The position numbers were made by a program, and so were the translations under genes. This document shows, piece after piece, positions 1 through 12,725 of a DNA stretch of 64,000 nucleotides. Numbering within the stretch: the stretch's first letter is position 1; the number at the start of each line of letters is the position of its first letter. The notes under the pieces are model-generated. The model was not told where the DNA came from and did not search any database. It worked only from the letters and a program-made list of their open reading frames with translations. This DNA comes from Mobula hypostoma (Eukaryota): contig NC_086101.1 of assembly GCF_963921235.1 (NCBI RefSeq), positions 9,364,001 through 9,428,000 on the forward strand, read 5' to 3'.

Positions 1-109
1 GGAGCATTTGTCTATCCTGCCTGGCATCTCTACCGTCCTGGCTGAGCAGATACAAAGAAGAGAAGGAAAAAAAATGTGCTTTTCTTTCCTTTGCTTTCTC
101 TTAACCAGG

Positions 110-370
110 TGGTGAGTTCGAGCCCCAGCCGAGGCAATGTGTTGTGTCTTAATCACACAGTGCTCTGCGACGACACTGGTGCCAAGCTGTATGAGTCCTA
201 ATGCCCTTCCCTTGGACAACATCAGTGTCGTGGAGAGGGGAGACTTGCAGCATGGGCAACTGCTGGTCTTCCATACAACCTTGTCCAGGCCTGCGCCCTG
301 GAGAGTGAAGACTTTCCAGGCGCAGATCCATGGTCTCGCAAGACTAACGGATGCCTTTTATTTATTTTTT
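110..370 (+). repeat. Probable SINE-like interspersed repeat
   Basis: B-box-like gagttcgagccc at the start and a T-rich (TTTA)n end. Family not identified. Confidence 0.35.
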
Positions 371-1981
371 TCTCCGTGTGAAGCCTTGAAGAGCTGAAGC
401 CTCAAGATCACCACTCTGACGATGTCCACTCAGACAATGGCTACTGTATTTGCCTGTCTTCCTTTAATTTGTTCTTCCTAATCAATCCCAGATGCCGAGT
501 GGTCACTGGTTGCCCTGCACCTCCCTTAAAAAACTTTCCCCTCTCACCTTCCCTCTCTGCCTTCTGGTTTTGGACTCCCCCTTTATGGGAAAAAGACCAT
601 GAGCCTACACCTTACATCTGCCCTTATGATTTTATATACCTCGAAATGGGGTCACCCCTCAACATCCATCGCTCCAGGGAAATGTCCCCAGTTTATCCAG
701 TATCTCCTTTTAACCCAAGCCCTCTGGCCATTGTTACAGCCTCCTGAAGCTTCCTGACCAGTGTAATGACATCTTCCCGTAGTTGGGGAACCAGAAATGC
801 TCACAATACTCCAAGTGTGGTCTATGATCAACATCAAAGGCCTTGGTGAAGTTCATGTGGACAATGTCTACCACCTTGTCCTGGTCAGTCCTCTCTGCCA
901 CCTCTTCAACAAACTGGAATTTGTGAGACGTGATTTTCCATGCACAACGCCATGCTGACTGTCCCTGATCTGTCCTTGTCTTTCCAAATGCAGCAGGCAA
1001 GATGCAGGGAGGATGTTTCCCCTGTCTGAGGAGTCGAGGGTCAGGGGTCACAGTCTCAGGATGGGGTGCACCCTCAGAGGATGGTGTATCTGGAATTCTC
1101 TGCACCGGAGGCTGTGGGGTCTCAGTCTTTCAGTTAATCTAAAGTCACAGAGTCATCATTGTACAGTATTGAAATGGGCCCTTCGGCCCGTCACCTCTGT
1201 TCTGACCTACTTAGGTCAGTCTCCTTCTGTGTCCTGTCCATTAAAGTGTCTGGCTGAGTGTCTCGGAAACACAGTGATTGTATCTGATTCCATCACCTCC
1301 TCTGGCAGCAAGTTCCAACATCAACCACTCACTGTTCCAGTAAACTCACCTTTAAACTCCTTCCTCTCACCTGAGACATGTGACCTCTTGTATTTGATCC
1401 CCCTCCTGTGGGAAGAAGATTTCAACCATCTGCTCAATCTAACCCCTCGTTACCTTAAATGTTTCTGTCAGATCACCCCCCGCCACCAATCCATTTACCT
1501 GCATTTTGCCTGTATTCTGCTAAACCTTCCCTGTCATCATTTCTCAACTCCTCTTCTGTGCCAGTTCCACAGGGCCCTCAATTCTCCCGTGTTACAGAAA
1601 ATGATCGACCTCATTTTCTACCACATTACAGAAGCAAATGTGCTGCAGGTCCTAAAATGCATAAAGGTCTATAAATCCCCAGGTCCTGATCAAGTGTATC
1701 CCAGGACATTGTGGGAAGCTCAGGAGGAAAGTATGGAGCCCATTTTGGAGATATGTGTGTCATCGATAGCTGTGGGTGAGGGGCCAGAAGACTGGAGGGA
1801 GACTAATGTTGAACATTTATTGAAGATCGGCTGTAGGGAAAAGCCTGGGAAGTACAGACCAGTGAGCCTAACGTCGGTGGAGGGACCATTAATGGAGGGA
1901 ATTCTGAGAGACAGGATCTACATTCATTTGGAAAGGTGAGGACTAATCAGGGATACCCAGCTTGGTTTTCTGCATGGACAG

Positions 1982-2612
1982 TACGGTAGCATAGTGGTTA
2001 GCACAACGCTTTACAGTACCAGCGACCCGGGTTCATGTCCCATCACAGTCCAAACCCGTACCGGTTGGCAGGTTAATTGGTCATTGTAACTTGTCCCATG
2101 GTCAGGCTCGGATTAAATCAGGGGTTTCTGGGTGGTGGGGGTCATTGTAACGTCCCATGGTCAGGCTCGGATTAAATCAGGGGTTGCTGGGTGGTGGGGG
2201 TCATTTTAACGTCCCATGGTCAGGCTCGGATTAAATCAGGGGTTTCTGGGTGGTGGGGGTCATTGTAACTTGTCCCATGGTCAGGCTCGGATTAAATCAG
2301 GGGTTTCTGGGTCGTGGGGGTCATTGTAACTTGTCCCATGGTCAGGCTCGGATTAAATCAGGGGTTTCTGGGTGGTGGGGGTCATTGTAACTTGTCTCAT
2401 GGTCAGGCTCGGATTAAATCAGGGGTTTCTGGGTGGTCGGGGTCATTGTAACTTGTTCCATGGTCAGGCTCAGATTAAATCAGGGGTTTCTGGGTGGTGG
2501 GGGTCATTGTAACTTGTCCCATGGTCAGGCTCGGATTAAATCAGGGGTTTCTGTGTGGTGGGGGTCAAAGGGCCGGAAGGGCCTATTCCGTGCTGTATCT
2601 CAATAAATAAAT
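1982..2612 (+). mobile_element. tRNA-derived SINE (HE1/V-SINE-like) with a CR1-type tail and an internal tandem amplification
   Basis: A-box-like tagcatagtgg, B-box-like cgggttca, ggttaattggtcattgtaa central segment, and gggccggaagggcct...aataaataaa 3' end. Confidence 0.7.
2080..2567 (+). repeat. Minisatellite, 8 copies of 59-61 bp
   Basis: Unit gtcattgtaacttgtcccatggtcaggctcggattaaatcaggggtttctgggtggtgggg, starting at 2080, 2141, 2200, 2259, 2320, 2381, 2442 and 2503. Confidence 0.95.
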
Positions 2613-3039
2613 TACAGCTGATGAAAGTGCAGTAGACATCGTCTCCATGGGGTTTAGCGAGGGATTTGACAAGGTAGCAGAGAGTTAGATCACATGGGAT
2701 ACAGTACGATCTGGAATAGGATACAGAATTGTCTGGGTGGAGTCCTGTGACCAGCGGTTGTGCTGCAGGGATCGGTGCTGGGTCCACTGTTTTTCATCAT
2801 TCATTTGAATGATTTGGAGAGAATGTAGGTGACGTGTTTAGTAGGTTTGTGAAGGACTTTAAAATTGGTGGTTTCACGGACAGTGAAGAGGTTATTTATT
2901 TATTTAGATACAGTGTGAAACAGGCCGTCCCAGACCAATGACCTGCTCCACCCAGCAACCCAACTATTTAAAACTAGCCTCATCACGGGCAATGTACAAT
3001 GACCATTTATCCTACAAACCGTTATCTCTTTGTACGAGA

Positions 3040-3915
3040 GTGATAGAAACTAACAACACAGGCCCTTCAGCCCACCTGGTCTATACCAAAACATTTAAAC
3101 TACCTGCTCCCATCGACCTGCACATGGACCATCGCCCTCCAACTCCTACCATCCATGTACGTGTCCAAACTTCTCTTAAATGTTTATATCAAGCTTGTAT
3201 GTACCACTTGCACTGGCAGCTTGTTCACACTCTCACAACCCTCTGAATGAAACAGTTTCTCATCATGTTCCCCTTAAACTTTTCATCTTTCACCTTTAAC
3301 ACATGACCTCTGGTTGTAATCCCACCCAACCTCCGTGGAAGAAGCCTGCTTGCATTTACCGTATCCATACCCTCATAATTTTGTATACCGCTGTTAAATC
3401 TCTCCTCAGTCTTCTATGTTACAGGAATAAAGTCCTGAACTATTCAATCTTTCCTTATGTCTCAGGTCCTCCAGTCCTAGCTACATCCCTGTAAATTTTC
3501 TCTGTACTGTTTCAATCTTGTTTACATCTTTCCTGTTGGTAGGTGACCAAAACTGTACACAATATCGCAAATTAGGCCTCACCAGGTCTCATACAACTTC
3601 AACATAACATCCCATCTCCTGTATTCAATACTTTGATTTATGAAGCCCAATGTGACAAAAGCTTTTTTTTAACATTATCTACTTGTAACACTACTTTCGA
3701 TGCATTATGGCCCTGTGTTCCCAGATCTGCTGTGGAACAGAGTCCTCTGTGCCCGACCATTCACTGTGTAAGACCTACACTGGGGTCCTACAGAAGTGCA
3801 ACAGCTCACACTTGTCTGCATTAAACTCCAGCTGACACTTTTCAGCCCATTTTTCCAGCTGCTCCAGATCCCACTGCAAGTAATGATGGTTTTCCTCGCT
3901 GTCCACTCCTCCCCA
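3040..3915 (-). mobile_element. CR1 3' fragment
   Basis: LQWDLEQLEKWAEKCQLEFNADKC plus a CR1-type 3'UTR and tail. Confidence 0.75.
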
Positions 3916-5210
3916 ATCTGAGGGATGAATCACGAGCACCCAGAGGAAAAGCACGAGGTCTCGGGGAGACCGTACAAACTCCTTACAGATGGTGTCGCAA
4001 TTGAACTCTGAACTCCAGAACGCCCCATGGTGCAACAGTACTGTGTTATCCACTACATAACCCTGTTGCTTATGCTTGGTCCAAGATTACAATGAGATCT
4101 TGATTAATTGGGTCTCTGGGCCATTGGATGGAAATTGATTTTAATTCAGAGATGAGGGTGTTGCATTTTGGAGGGTAAACCAGGACAGGATTACACAGGA
4201 ATCAGTGGGGCCCTGGAGACTGTTGTGGAACAGAGAGACCAGGAGGTGATTGCCTTCATCAGTCAGAATACTGAGTACAGGAGCTGGGACTTTACGTTAA
4301 GAGTGTACAAGACATTGGGAAGCCACATTTGGAGCAGAGTAATACACACAAACTGCTGGAGGAAATCAGCAGATCAGGCAGCATCTACGGATATGAATAA
4401 ACAGTCAATGTTTTGGGTCAAGGTTTTGTCTGTGTTGCTTTGGATTTCCAGCATCCGCAGACTTTCTCATCTTTATGATTTGGATCACTCTGTACAGTTC
4501 TGGTGATCTTTCTGTAGGAAGAATGTCATTAAACTAAGAGGGTATGGAACAGATTTACAAGGATGTTACTGGGACTGGAGGGTTTGGGTTATAAGGAGAG
4601 GCTGGATATTCTGGGTCTTTTTTCCTGGAGGTCAGGACGCTGCCAAACGAAACTGTAGAGGTGAATACAGTTGCAATGATTTAAAAGACATCTGGACGGG
4701 TACATGGGTCGGAAAGGGTTAAAGGAATAATGAGCAAATACAGGCAAATGGAACAAGTTCATTAAAGTGAGTTGGTCAGCATGAATGAATTCTGCCTGAC
4801 CTCCTCTTTAAATGCCTCCAGTGTTTACTCACCCCATCCTCATCTGGATCCAGTTGTTGCTCCTCTCCTTCCTCATACCCGTTTCCACTGCTATCTCCCG
4901 TCTTTCTTTCCAATCCTGAGGTAAAGTCTCGGCTTGAAATCTCCCTTAACACATGCTGCTTGACCCGCTGAGATCCTCCAGAATCTTGTGTGTTGATCGG
5001 AAAAATCCGCTCTCCATGGCGGGGGAAAAACTCGAGAAAATGCTGGTTGTCCATCCGCTGTGTTTGTGTAAAACACCGGAAAAGGCCCTGTCGGGCACCC
5101 GACTGCGCCTGAGGCCCAGCGGCCTCTCCCCCGGTCCGGTCCCGGGGCCGCGCTGCCCGAGTCTCCCCCCGATCCCCGGGGACTCTCTAATTCTCTGCTT
5201 CTCCCCCCAG

Positions 5211-5743
5211 TCTCTGTCACCCTGGATGTGGAAACGGCGCATCCGCGGCTCGAGGTGTCTGAGGATCGGAAGAGTGTGAGACGGACCTGGACCCGGAGGA
5301 GTCTCCCTGACACCGGGAAGAGGTTCACAGTCTGGCCTTGTGTGCTGGGATCGGAGGGATTCACATCGGGGAGACATTACTGGGAGGTGGAGGTGACGGG
5401 GAATCGGTGGTGGTGTCTGGGAGTCGCCGCAGAGTCTGTGAAGAGGAAGGGATCGGTCACACCGAGTCCGGAGACCGGATTCTGGACCATCGGGCGGGAT
5501 GGTGACGAGATGTGGGTTTACACCTCCCCTGAGTCCCGTCTCCCTGCCGGTCCCATCCCCGGGAGGGTGGGAGTTTATCTCAGTTACCAGTCCGGGACAG
5601 TTTCATTTTACAACGCGGAGACCAAGTCCCATCTCCACACCTTCACTGGGAATAAATCCACGGGGAAACTTTATCCTTTCTTCTGGACTGTATATACAAA
5701 CGAGCGGCTGAGAATCTGCTCCGGTTCCGCTCCGGGTCTGTAA
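5211..5743 (+). CDS. Terminal PRY-SPRY (B30.2) exon of a TRIM E3 ligase gene (TRIM39/A33/nuclear-factor-7-like); upstream exons not seen in window
   Basis: Polypyrimidine tract plus AG acceptor (ttctctgcttctccccccag, ends 5210). Frame reads SVTLDVETAHPRLEVSEDRKSV...RFTVWPCVLGSEGFTSGRHYWEVEV...GVYLSYQSGTVSFYN...KLYPFFW, carrying the LD-x-x-TAH, HYWEVEV and YP-x-F B30.2 motifs. TAA at 5741-5743. Confidence 0.93.
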
Positions 5744-5807
5744 ACGGGTCGGGTCCGGGACCGGCGTCAGGAGTAAGTCAGTGTAAATATAAATGTGCGG
5801 AGTGTGA

Positions 5808-5813
5808 AATAAA
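5808..5813 (+). terminator. Putative polyadenylation signal of TRIM gene 1
   Basis: AATAAA 65 nt after the stop. It is also present at the matching position of the paralogous copy (34319-34324). Confidence 0.6.
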
Positions 5814-7189
5814 CACGATGTGAGAATTATCGATCCATTAATTTTAACTCGTTCACCGCATCAGTCAACGGAACAGAAACACCGCGGATTCAGCAGCAGC
5901 CGCGGGCGGTGGGTCCTGAGCTCCCCGGCTCCCCCGGGTGCTAAAGTCCACCGGGACTGACCGGGTAACTGGGACAAGTGGTGGTGGGGCTGACTGGGAG
6001 AGGGAGGTCAGGGTGAATCTTGGTAACACGGGACATGTACTGTCGGTAACACACGAAGCGGCGGGATCTCCCAGAGTGTCAGGTAACATCTGTGGAGGGA
6101 AATGGACAGGTGAGGGGTGGATCCAGGTGAGGGGTAATAGATGAGGGAAGGGTGGAAATGTCTCAGAAATGGGAGGTGAGAGGTGTCAGTGACAAAGGGC
6201 TGAAGATTTTGGAATCTGACAGGAGGGGAAAGTGGAGGCCGGAGTAAAGGGAGGGAGGTGGGGAGGAGTGTGTGGGTGATGGGGAACGGAGAGGGTGGGG
6301 GAGGGAGGGGAAAGAGATAGGGTGATGGGGCTGGTGGATTAGGAGGAGAGAGACATTTACATAGCAAAAGTGACAGGGAACAGCTACCAAAAGTTTCAGA
6401 ATTCGGTGTTGATGCTGTCAGGTTGACGATCACCCTGACGGGACATGGGGAGCTGTTCCTCTAATTTATGAGACAAATAGAGCCGGGATCTCTACGTTAA
6501 ATCAGATATTCATTTTGGGACACAGTTTATACCCAGGAATGCAGGAAAAATACAGCAGGTTGGTCAGGATCTGTGGAGAGACGAACAGGCTTCATGTTCC
6601 ACGTCGGTGACCTCTCCTGGAATTGATTCAAACACTGCCTGCTCTGTTGCGGGTTTCAAATAATCTCTGTTTTGTTTTAGTTCTTCCAGCATGTGATTCA
6701 AGAAAAAATGGGAGTGCAGTGTAATTTCCTCTGGAAAGGGGATAAGGAAGAGGGAATGTGCTCGGAGAGGGGAGTGGACCATTAGAGAAATCGATGCTCA
6801 GGTTTTAACTACGCGGAGAGGGACGGTGAAGGTTAGAGAGACGTGGACATGATATTTTGGAGCCGGAAGTGTGGCAACACATGCAGGCTGATCCCAGCAC
6901 AATCCTCGGGCAGACCGTGTTGGTCATTGACGCAATGGAGAAATGTAAATGGTGAAGCCCCTGTGTGTATTTGTGTGTGGTGGAGACAGAGAGAGAGTCT
7001 GAGACTTGCTCCAGGCTCCCCAGGTAGATGCAGGGATGATGTTTCTGGTAACGGGGTTGTCAGGATGAGGAGACACAGTGAGGGGACGACCATTCAGAGG
7101 TGAATAAATGTATTTACCCAGCTCATAATTTAACAGGGCTCTGCACATTTACACATCAACTATGTTGAGGAGAGATGTGGATAGTGTTT

Positions 7190-7680
7190 TGGATTCAGAG
7201 GTCGATCCAGATTCTCCTGAAGCCCTTGAGCCCCAGTAACATTCCTGTGAATCTTGTCTGCACACATTCCAGCTGAATGTCATCCTTTCTACAGCTCGGT
7301 GACCAGAACTGCACCCAGTACTCTGAGTGTGGTCTCACCAATGTCTTGTACAGCTGTAACATGACAAACCATCTCATGTACTTAATGCCCTGATGAAGGC
7401 CAGCGTACCATACACCTTCTTCACTACACTGTCTACCTGTGTCTCTACTCTCAGGAACTATGTACTTGTTCCCCTGGGTATTTCTATTCTACAACACTCC
7501 CCAGGGCCCTGACATTCACTGACTACATTCTGTCCTGGTTTTAACTTCCTGAAATGCATCACTTTGCACATTTCTGTGTTAAATTCTTTCTGCCATTCCT
7601 TTGCCCAGATTCCCAGTTGATTGAGGTCCTGTTGTAACTTTAGACAGACTTCACTGTCCAACACATCACCAATTTCAGTT
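7190..7680 (-). mobile_element. Decayed CR1 fragment
   Basis: LQLYKTLVRPHSEYWVQFWSP and LQQDLNQLGIWAKEWQKEFN. Confidence 0.7.
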
Positions 7681-7857
7681 TCTGTGTCTGTTCCTGGGCT
7701 GTACTGTTCTATGTTCCCCGTTTAGAAGAATGAGAGGAGATCTCAGCGAAACACAAAACTCTTTCAGGGCTCAACAGACAGGATGCAGGGAGGACGTTTC
7801 CCCTGTCTGAGGAGTTGAGGGTCAGGGGTCACTGTTTCAGGATGGAGTGAACCCTCA

Positions 7858-8886
7858 GTGACTTCACTCGCTCCGGATCTTTTCAACGATTTCAAGTTCC
7901 CTGGTCCCAACCATCTTATTTTCACTATGGATGTCCAGTCTCCGTACACCTCCATCCACCAGCAGGAAGGCCTCAAAGCTCTCGGTTTCTTTCTGGACAC
8001 CCGTCCCAAGCAGTTTCCTTCACCACCACTCTCAAACATCTAGCGGAACTTGTCCTCACTCTCAATAATTTCTGTAATTTCCACCATCTCCAACAGGATC
8101 CCACCAGCAAGCACATATTTCCCTCTCCCCCACTTCCTGCTTTCAGCAGGGATCACTCCCAACACGGCTCCCTTATCCATTCGTTCCATCTCATTGAACT
8201 CCCTCCTGGCACTTCCAGGTGAGGCGACACTTCACCTGTGTGTCAGGTGGGGTCATAGACTGTGTTTGGTGCTTCTGGTGTGGCCTCCTGTATATCAGTG
8301 AGACCCGACATGGATTGGGAGTCTGCTTCACCAAGCACCAGAAAAAGCTGGATCCCAGTAGCCATCCATTTTAATTCCACTGCCTATTCCCATATGTCCA
8401 TCGAGGGCCTCCTCTACTGTCACGATGAGGCCACACTCAGTTGGAGGAGCAAGATCTCATATTCCGTCTGGGTAGCATCCAAGCTGATGACATGAACATC
8501 GATTTATCGAACTTCCAGTAATGGCCACCCCTCCTTCACCATTCCCCGTGCCCTTTTCCCTCTCTCACTTTATCTCCTTGCCTGCCCATCGCCTCCCTCT
8601 GGTGCTACTCCCACTTTTCTTCCACGGCCTTCTGTTCTCTCCTGTAGGACTCACCCTTCTCCAGTCCTGGATCTCTTTCACCCAATCACCTTCCCAGCTT
8701 CCGGTTTCACCGATCACCTCGTGTTCTCCCCCTGCCCCCACCCCTCCACCACCTTTCAAATGTGATTCCTCACCTTTTTTCTCCAGTCCTGCTGAAGAGC
8801 TTTGGCCTGAAACGTCCACTGTACTTTTTCTCATAGATGCTGCCTGCCCTGCTGAGTTCCTCCAGTATTTTGTGTGTGTTGTTTGG
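7858..8886 (+). mobile_element. Internally deleted Penelope-like element
   Basis: LIFTMDVQSPYTSI RT motif A, GIY-YIG remnant (CGLLYISET), and a terminal repeat with a decayed hammerhead motif. Confidence 0.75.
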
Positions 8887-10207
8887 ATTGAATTGAATTG
8901 ACTTTATTTCTTATATCCTTCACATACATGAGGAGGAAAAATCTTTACCTCTCCATCTAAGTGTGCAATCATAGTAATTTATAATAAATAGAACAGTCAG
9001 TGTAACATAGAAATACACTCAAATCAGTGTGAGTTAATCAGTCTGATGGTCTGCTGGAAGAAGCTGTCTCGGAGCCTGCTGGTCCTGGCTTTTATGCTGC
9101 GGTACCGTTTCCCGGATGGTAGCAGCTGGAATAGATTGTGGTTGGGGTGACTTGGGTCTCCAATGATCCTACGGGCCTTTTTTACACACCTGTCTTTGTA
9201 AATGTCCTGAATCATGGGAAGTTCACAAGTACAGATGTGCTGGGCTGTCGGCACCACTCTCTGCAGAATCCTGCGATTAAGGGAGGTACAGTTCGCATAC
9301 CAGTCAGGATGCTCTCAATTGTGCCCCTATAGAAAGTTCTTAGGATCTGGGGGCCCATACCGAACTTCCTCAACCGTCTGAGGTGAAAGAGTTGCTGTTG
9401 TGCCTTTTACACCACACAGCTGATGTGTACAGACCACGTGAGGTCCTCGGTGATGTGGATGACGAAGATTTTGAAGCTGTTTACCCTCTCAAACCCAGAT
9501 CCATTGATGTCAATAGGGGTTAGCCCGTCTCCATTCCTCCTGTAATCCACAACCAGCTCCTTTGTTTTTGCGACATTGAGGGAGAGGTTGTTTTCTTGAC
9601 ACCACTGTGTCAGAGAGATAACTTCTCCCCTGTAGGCCACCTCGTTATTGTTTGAGATTAGGCCAATCAATGTAGTGCTGTCGGCAAATTTAATTAGCAG
9701 ATTAGAGCTGTGGATGGCGACACAGCCCTGAGGAGCTCGTGTATTGAGAGTCAGAGGGGTGGAGGTGAAGGAGCCCACTCTTAACACCTGCTGGCGATCT
9801 GACAGGAAGTCCAGGATCCAGCTGCACAAGGCAGGGTCAAGGCCGAGGTCTCTGAGCTTCCTGTCGAGCCTGGAGGGAATTATGGTGTTGAATACTGTAG
9901 TCCAATAACAGCATTCTCACATAAGCATCCCTCTTCTCCAGATATGTAGGGATGGTATGTAGAGCAGTGGCTATTGCATCGTCTGTTGATCGGTTGTGTC
10001 AGTAGGCAAATTGTAGGGGGTCCAGTGTGGATGGCAGCTTGCTGCAGATGTAATCCTTGACCAGCCTCTCAAAGCATTTGCTTATTATTGAGGTGAGTGC
10101 AACAGGATGTCCGTCGTTCAGGCATGTTACCTTGGTCTTCTTTGGTACAGGGACAATGGAGGATAATTTGAAGCAGGAAGTTACTCTACACTGGGAGAGG
10201 GAGAGAT
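8887..10207 (-). mobile_element. Rex1/Babar-type LINE RT fragment
   Basis: PVALTSIISKCFERLV...LDPLQFAY...WILDFL...APQGCV...KFADSTT...LNVAKTKEL. (TCAAT)n tail. Confidence 0.85.
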
Positions 10208-10259
10208 TAACTATTTCCGGCATCTGCAGATTTTCTCGTTAAAGTTTCACGGTGCAGGG

Positions 10260-10290
10260 TCGCCACCTGCTGCTGGAAACCGGTACTGCA
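10260..10290 (-). promoter_or_regulatory. CTCF-like site with upstream motif
   Basis: Minus strand TGCAGTACC-GGTTT-CCAGCAGCAGGTGGCGA matches the CTCF upstream module and core (CCASYAGRKGGCR, 1 mismatch) at the expected spacing. Confidence 0.5.
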
Positions 10291-10439
10291 GGAAGAGCAG
10301 AAACACAATGCTGTAACTTGGCTGGAATGTGGGCATCGGTAGCGGGGCCAACATTTACTGCCCGCCGACTGCCCAAAAGAAAGTCGAAATGATGTACTTG
10401 TGGCCCACTCGTACACAGACAGATCGCTAAACAGAGGAA

Positions 10440-12725
10440 GGAATCAGAATCAAATTAGGTTGATTATATTATCACCGGTTTGTGTTAGATTAGCAGCAGC
10501 AGTTCAATTCAATACATAATATAGAAGAACAAAAAATAATAAGTAAATGAATAAGTAAATCAATTGCAGTATATGTATATTGAATAGATGAAAAATCATG
10601 CAAAAACAATTATATTAAAAAAGTGAGGTAGTGTTCACGGGGTCAATGTGCATTTAGGAATCGGATAGCAGAGGGGAAGAAGCTGTTTCTGAATCGCTGA
10701 GTCTGTGCCTCCTGCCTGATGGTAACAGTGAGAAAAGGACATGCCCTGGGTGCTGGCCGTCCTCAATAATGGACGCTGCCTTTCTGAGACACCGCTGCTT
10801 GAAGATGGCCAAGGTACTCTGTGGGCTACTACCCAAGATGAAGCCGACTATATTTACGACCCTCTGCAGCTTCTTTTGGTCCTGTGCAGCAGCACCCCCC
10901 CCCCCCCCGCATACCAGACAGTGATGCAGCCTGTCAGAATGCTCTCCACGTTACATCTAGAGAAGTTTTTGAGTATATTTGTTGACATATGAAATCTCTT
11001 CAAGCCCCTAATGAAGTATAGTCACTGTCTTGCCTTTGTAGCTGCATTGATATGTTGGGACCAGCTTAGGTCCTCAGAGATCTTGACACCCAGGAACTTG
11101 AAACTGCTTCCTCTCTCCAATTCTGATCCCACTACGAGGATTGGTATGTGTTCCTTCGTTTTACCCTTCCTGAAGTCCACAATCAGCTCTTTCATCTGAC
11201 TGAGTGACGTTGAGTGCAAGGTTGTTGCGACACCACTCCACTAGTTGGTATATCTTGCTCCTGTACGCCTTCTCGACTCCATCTGAGATTCTACAAACAA
11301 TGGTTGTATCATCAGCAAATTTATAAATGCTGTTTGAGGTCTGCCTAGTCACACTGTCATTGGTATTGAAGAGTAGAGCAGTGGGCTAAGCACACATCCT
11401 GGAGTTGCATCAGTGTTGATCCTCAGTGAGGAGGAGATATTGTCACCGATCCGCACAGACTGTGATCTTCCAGCTGGGAAGTCAAGGATCCAAATGCAGA
11501 GGGAGGTACAGAGGTCCAGGTCACCGGCATACGTCATAACATTTGTATCTTAGCGGCAGCAGTACAATGCAATACATGACAATATAGAAAAAAAAGATCT
11601 GTAACAGAGAGTATATATCTGTATTAAACAGTTAAATTAAAATATTGCAAATGCAGAAGTAATATAGTAAAAACTGAGGTAATGTTCAATGTCCATTTAG
11701 GAATTGGATGGCAGAGGGGAAGAAATAGTTCGTGAATCGCCGAGTGTGTGCCTTCAGGATTCTGTACCTCCTTCCTGATGGTAACAAGGAGAAGAGGGCA
11801 TGTCTTGGGTGTTGGGGGTCCTTTCTGACGCACCGCTCCTTGAAGGTGTTTTGAATACCATGGAGGCTAGTACCCAAGATGGAGCTGACTAATTTTACAA
11901 CTTTATGTAGCTTCTTTTGAACCTGTGCAGTTGCACCCCCCGCACCTTCCCCAAACCAGACAGTGATGCCAGAATGCTCTCCATGGTACATCTATAGAAG
12001 TTCTCAACTGTTTTAGGTGACAAACCAAATCTCCTCAAACTCCTAATGAAAGATAGCTGCTGTTCTGGTTAGACCAGATTAGATCTTCAGAGATCTTGAC
12101 AGCCAGGAACCTGAAATCACTCACTCTCTCCAGTTCTGATCCCTCTATGAGGATTGGTATGTGTTCCCTCGTCTTACCCGTTCTGAAGTCCACAATCAGT
12201 TCTTTGGTCTCACTGGCGTTGAGTGCAAGGTTGTTGCTGTGACTCCACTCAACCAGCTGGAATATCTCGTTCCTGTTCGCCCTCTCGTCATCACCTGAGA
12301 TTCTGCCAGCAAAGGCTCTATCATCAGCAAACATATAGATGGCATTTGAGCTACACCCAGTCACACAGAGAAAGTAGAGCTGTGGGTTGAGTACACATCC
12401 CTGTGATGTGCCAGCATTGATCGTCAGCGAGGTGGAGATATTATTACCAATCAGCACATATTGTGGTCCTCCAGTTTGGAAGTCAATGATCCAGATGCAG
12501 AGGGAGATACAGAGACTCAGGTTCCGTAGCATATTGATCAGGGCTGTAGGAATGATGATGACTGAGCTACAGTCAATGGTCAGCATCCTGACGTAGGTAT
12601 TTGTATTGTCCAGGTGATCCAAGGCCATGTGAACAGCCATTGAGATCGTGTCTGCTGTTGACCTATTGTGGCGGTAGGCAAATTGCAGTGGGCCCAGGTC
12701 CTTGCTGAGGCAGGAGATGCATCTA
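10440..12725 (-). mobile_element. Two adjacent Rex1/Babar-type LINE fragments (~10440-11520 and ~11540-12725)
   Basis: YKFADDTT, KELIVDFRKGK, FKFLGVKISEDL, LPSGRRY and PLQFAYRHNRST motifs. (GATTCT)n tail at 10440. Confidence 0.8.

Larger units (their letters stand above)
1590..2900 (+). mobile_element. Decayed CR1 ORF2 fragment interrupted by a SINE
   Basis: KSPGPDQVYPRTLWEA...PEDWRETNV...YRPVSLTSV. RT-like sequence resumes after 2612. Confidence 0.75.

Noticed and set aside
1013..1939. 308-aa ORF as a gene
   Set aside because: It is a chance fusion of decayed repeat pieces, and only the C-terminal third is CR1 ORF2.
1982..2040. tRNA gene
   Set aside because: Only A/B-box-like remnants with no complete cloverleaf, running straight into a SINE body.
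2080..2567. CRISPR-like regular repeat array
   Set aside because: The units are contiguous 59-61 bp repeats with no unique spacers and no cas genes, in a eukaryotic context.
4776..5377. Overlapping ORFs around the SPRY exon
   Set aside because: These are GC-rich antisense or alternative-frame shadows with no recognisable motifs.
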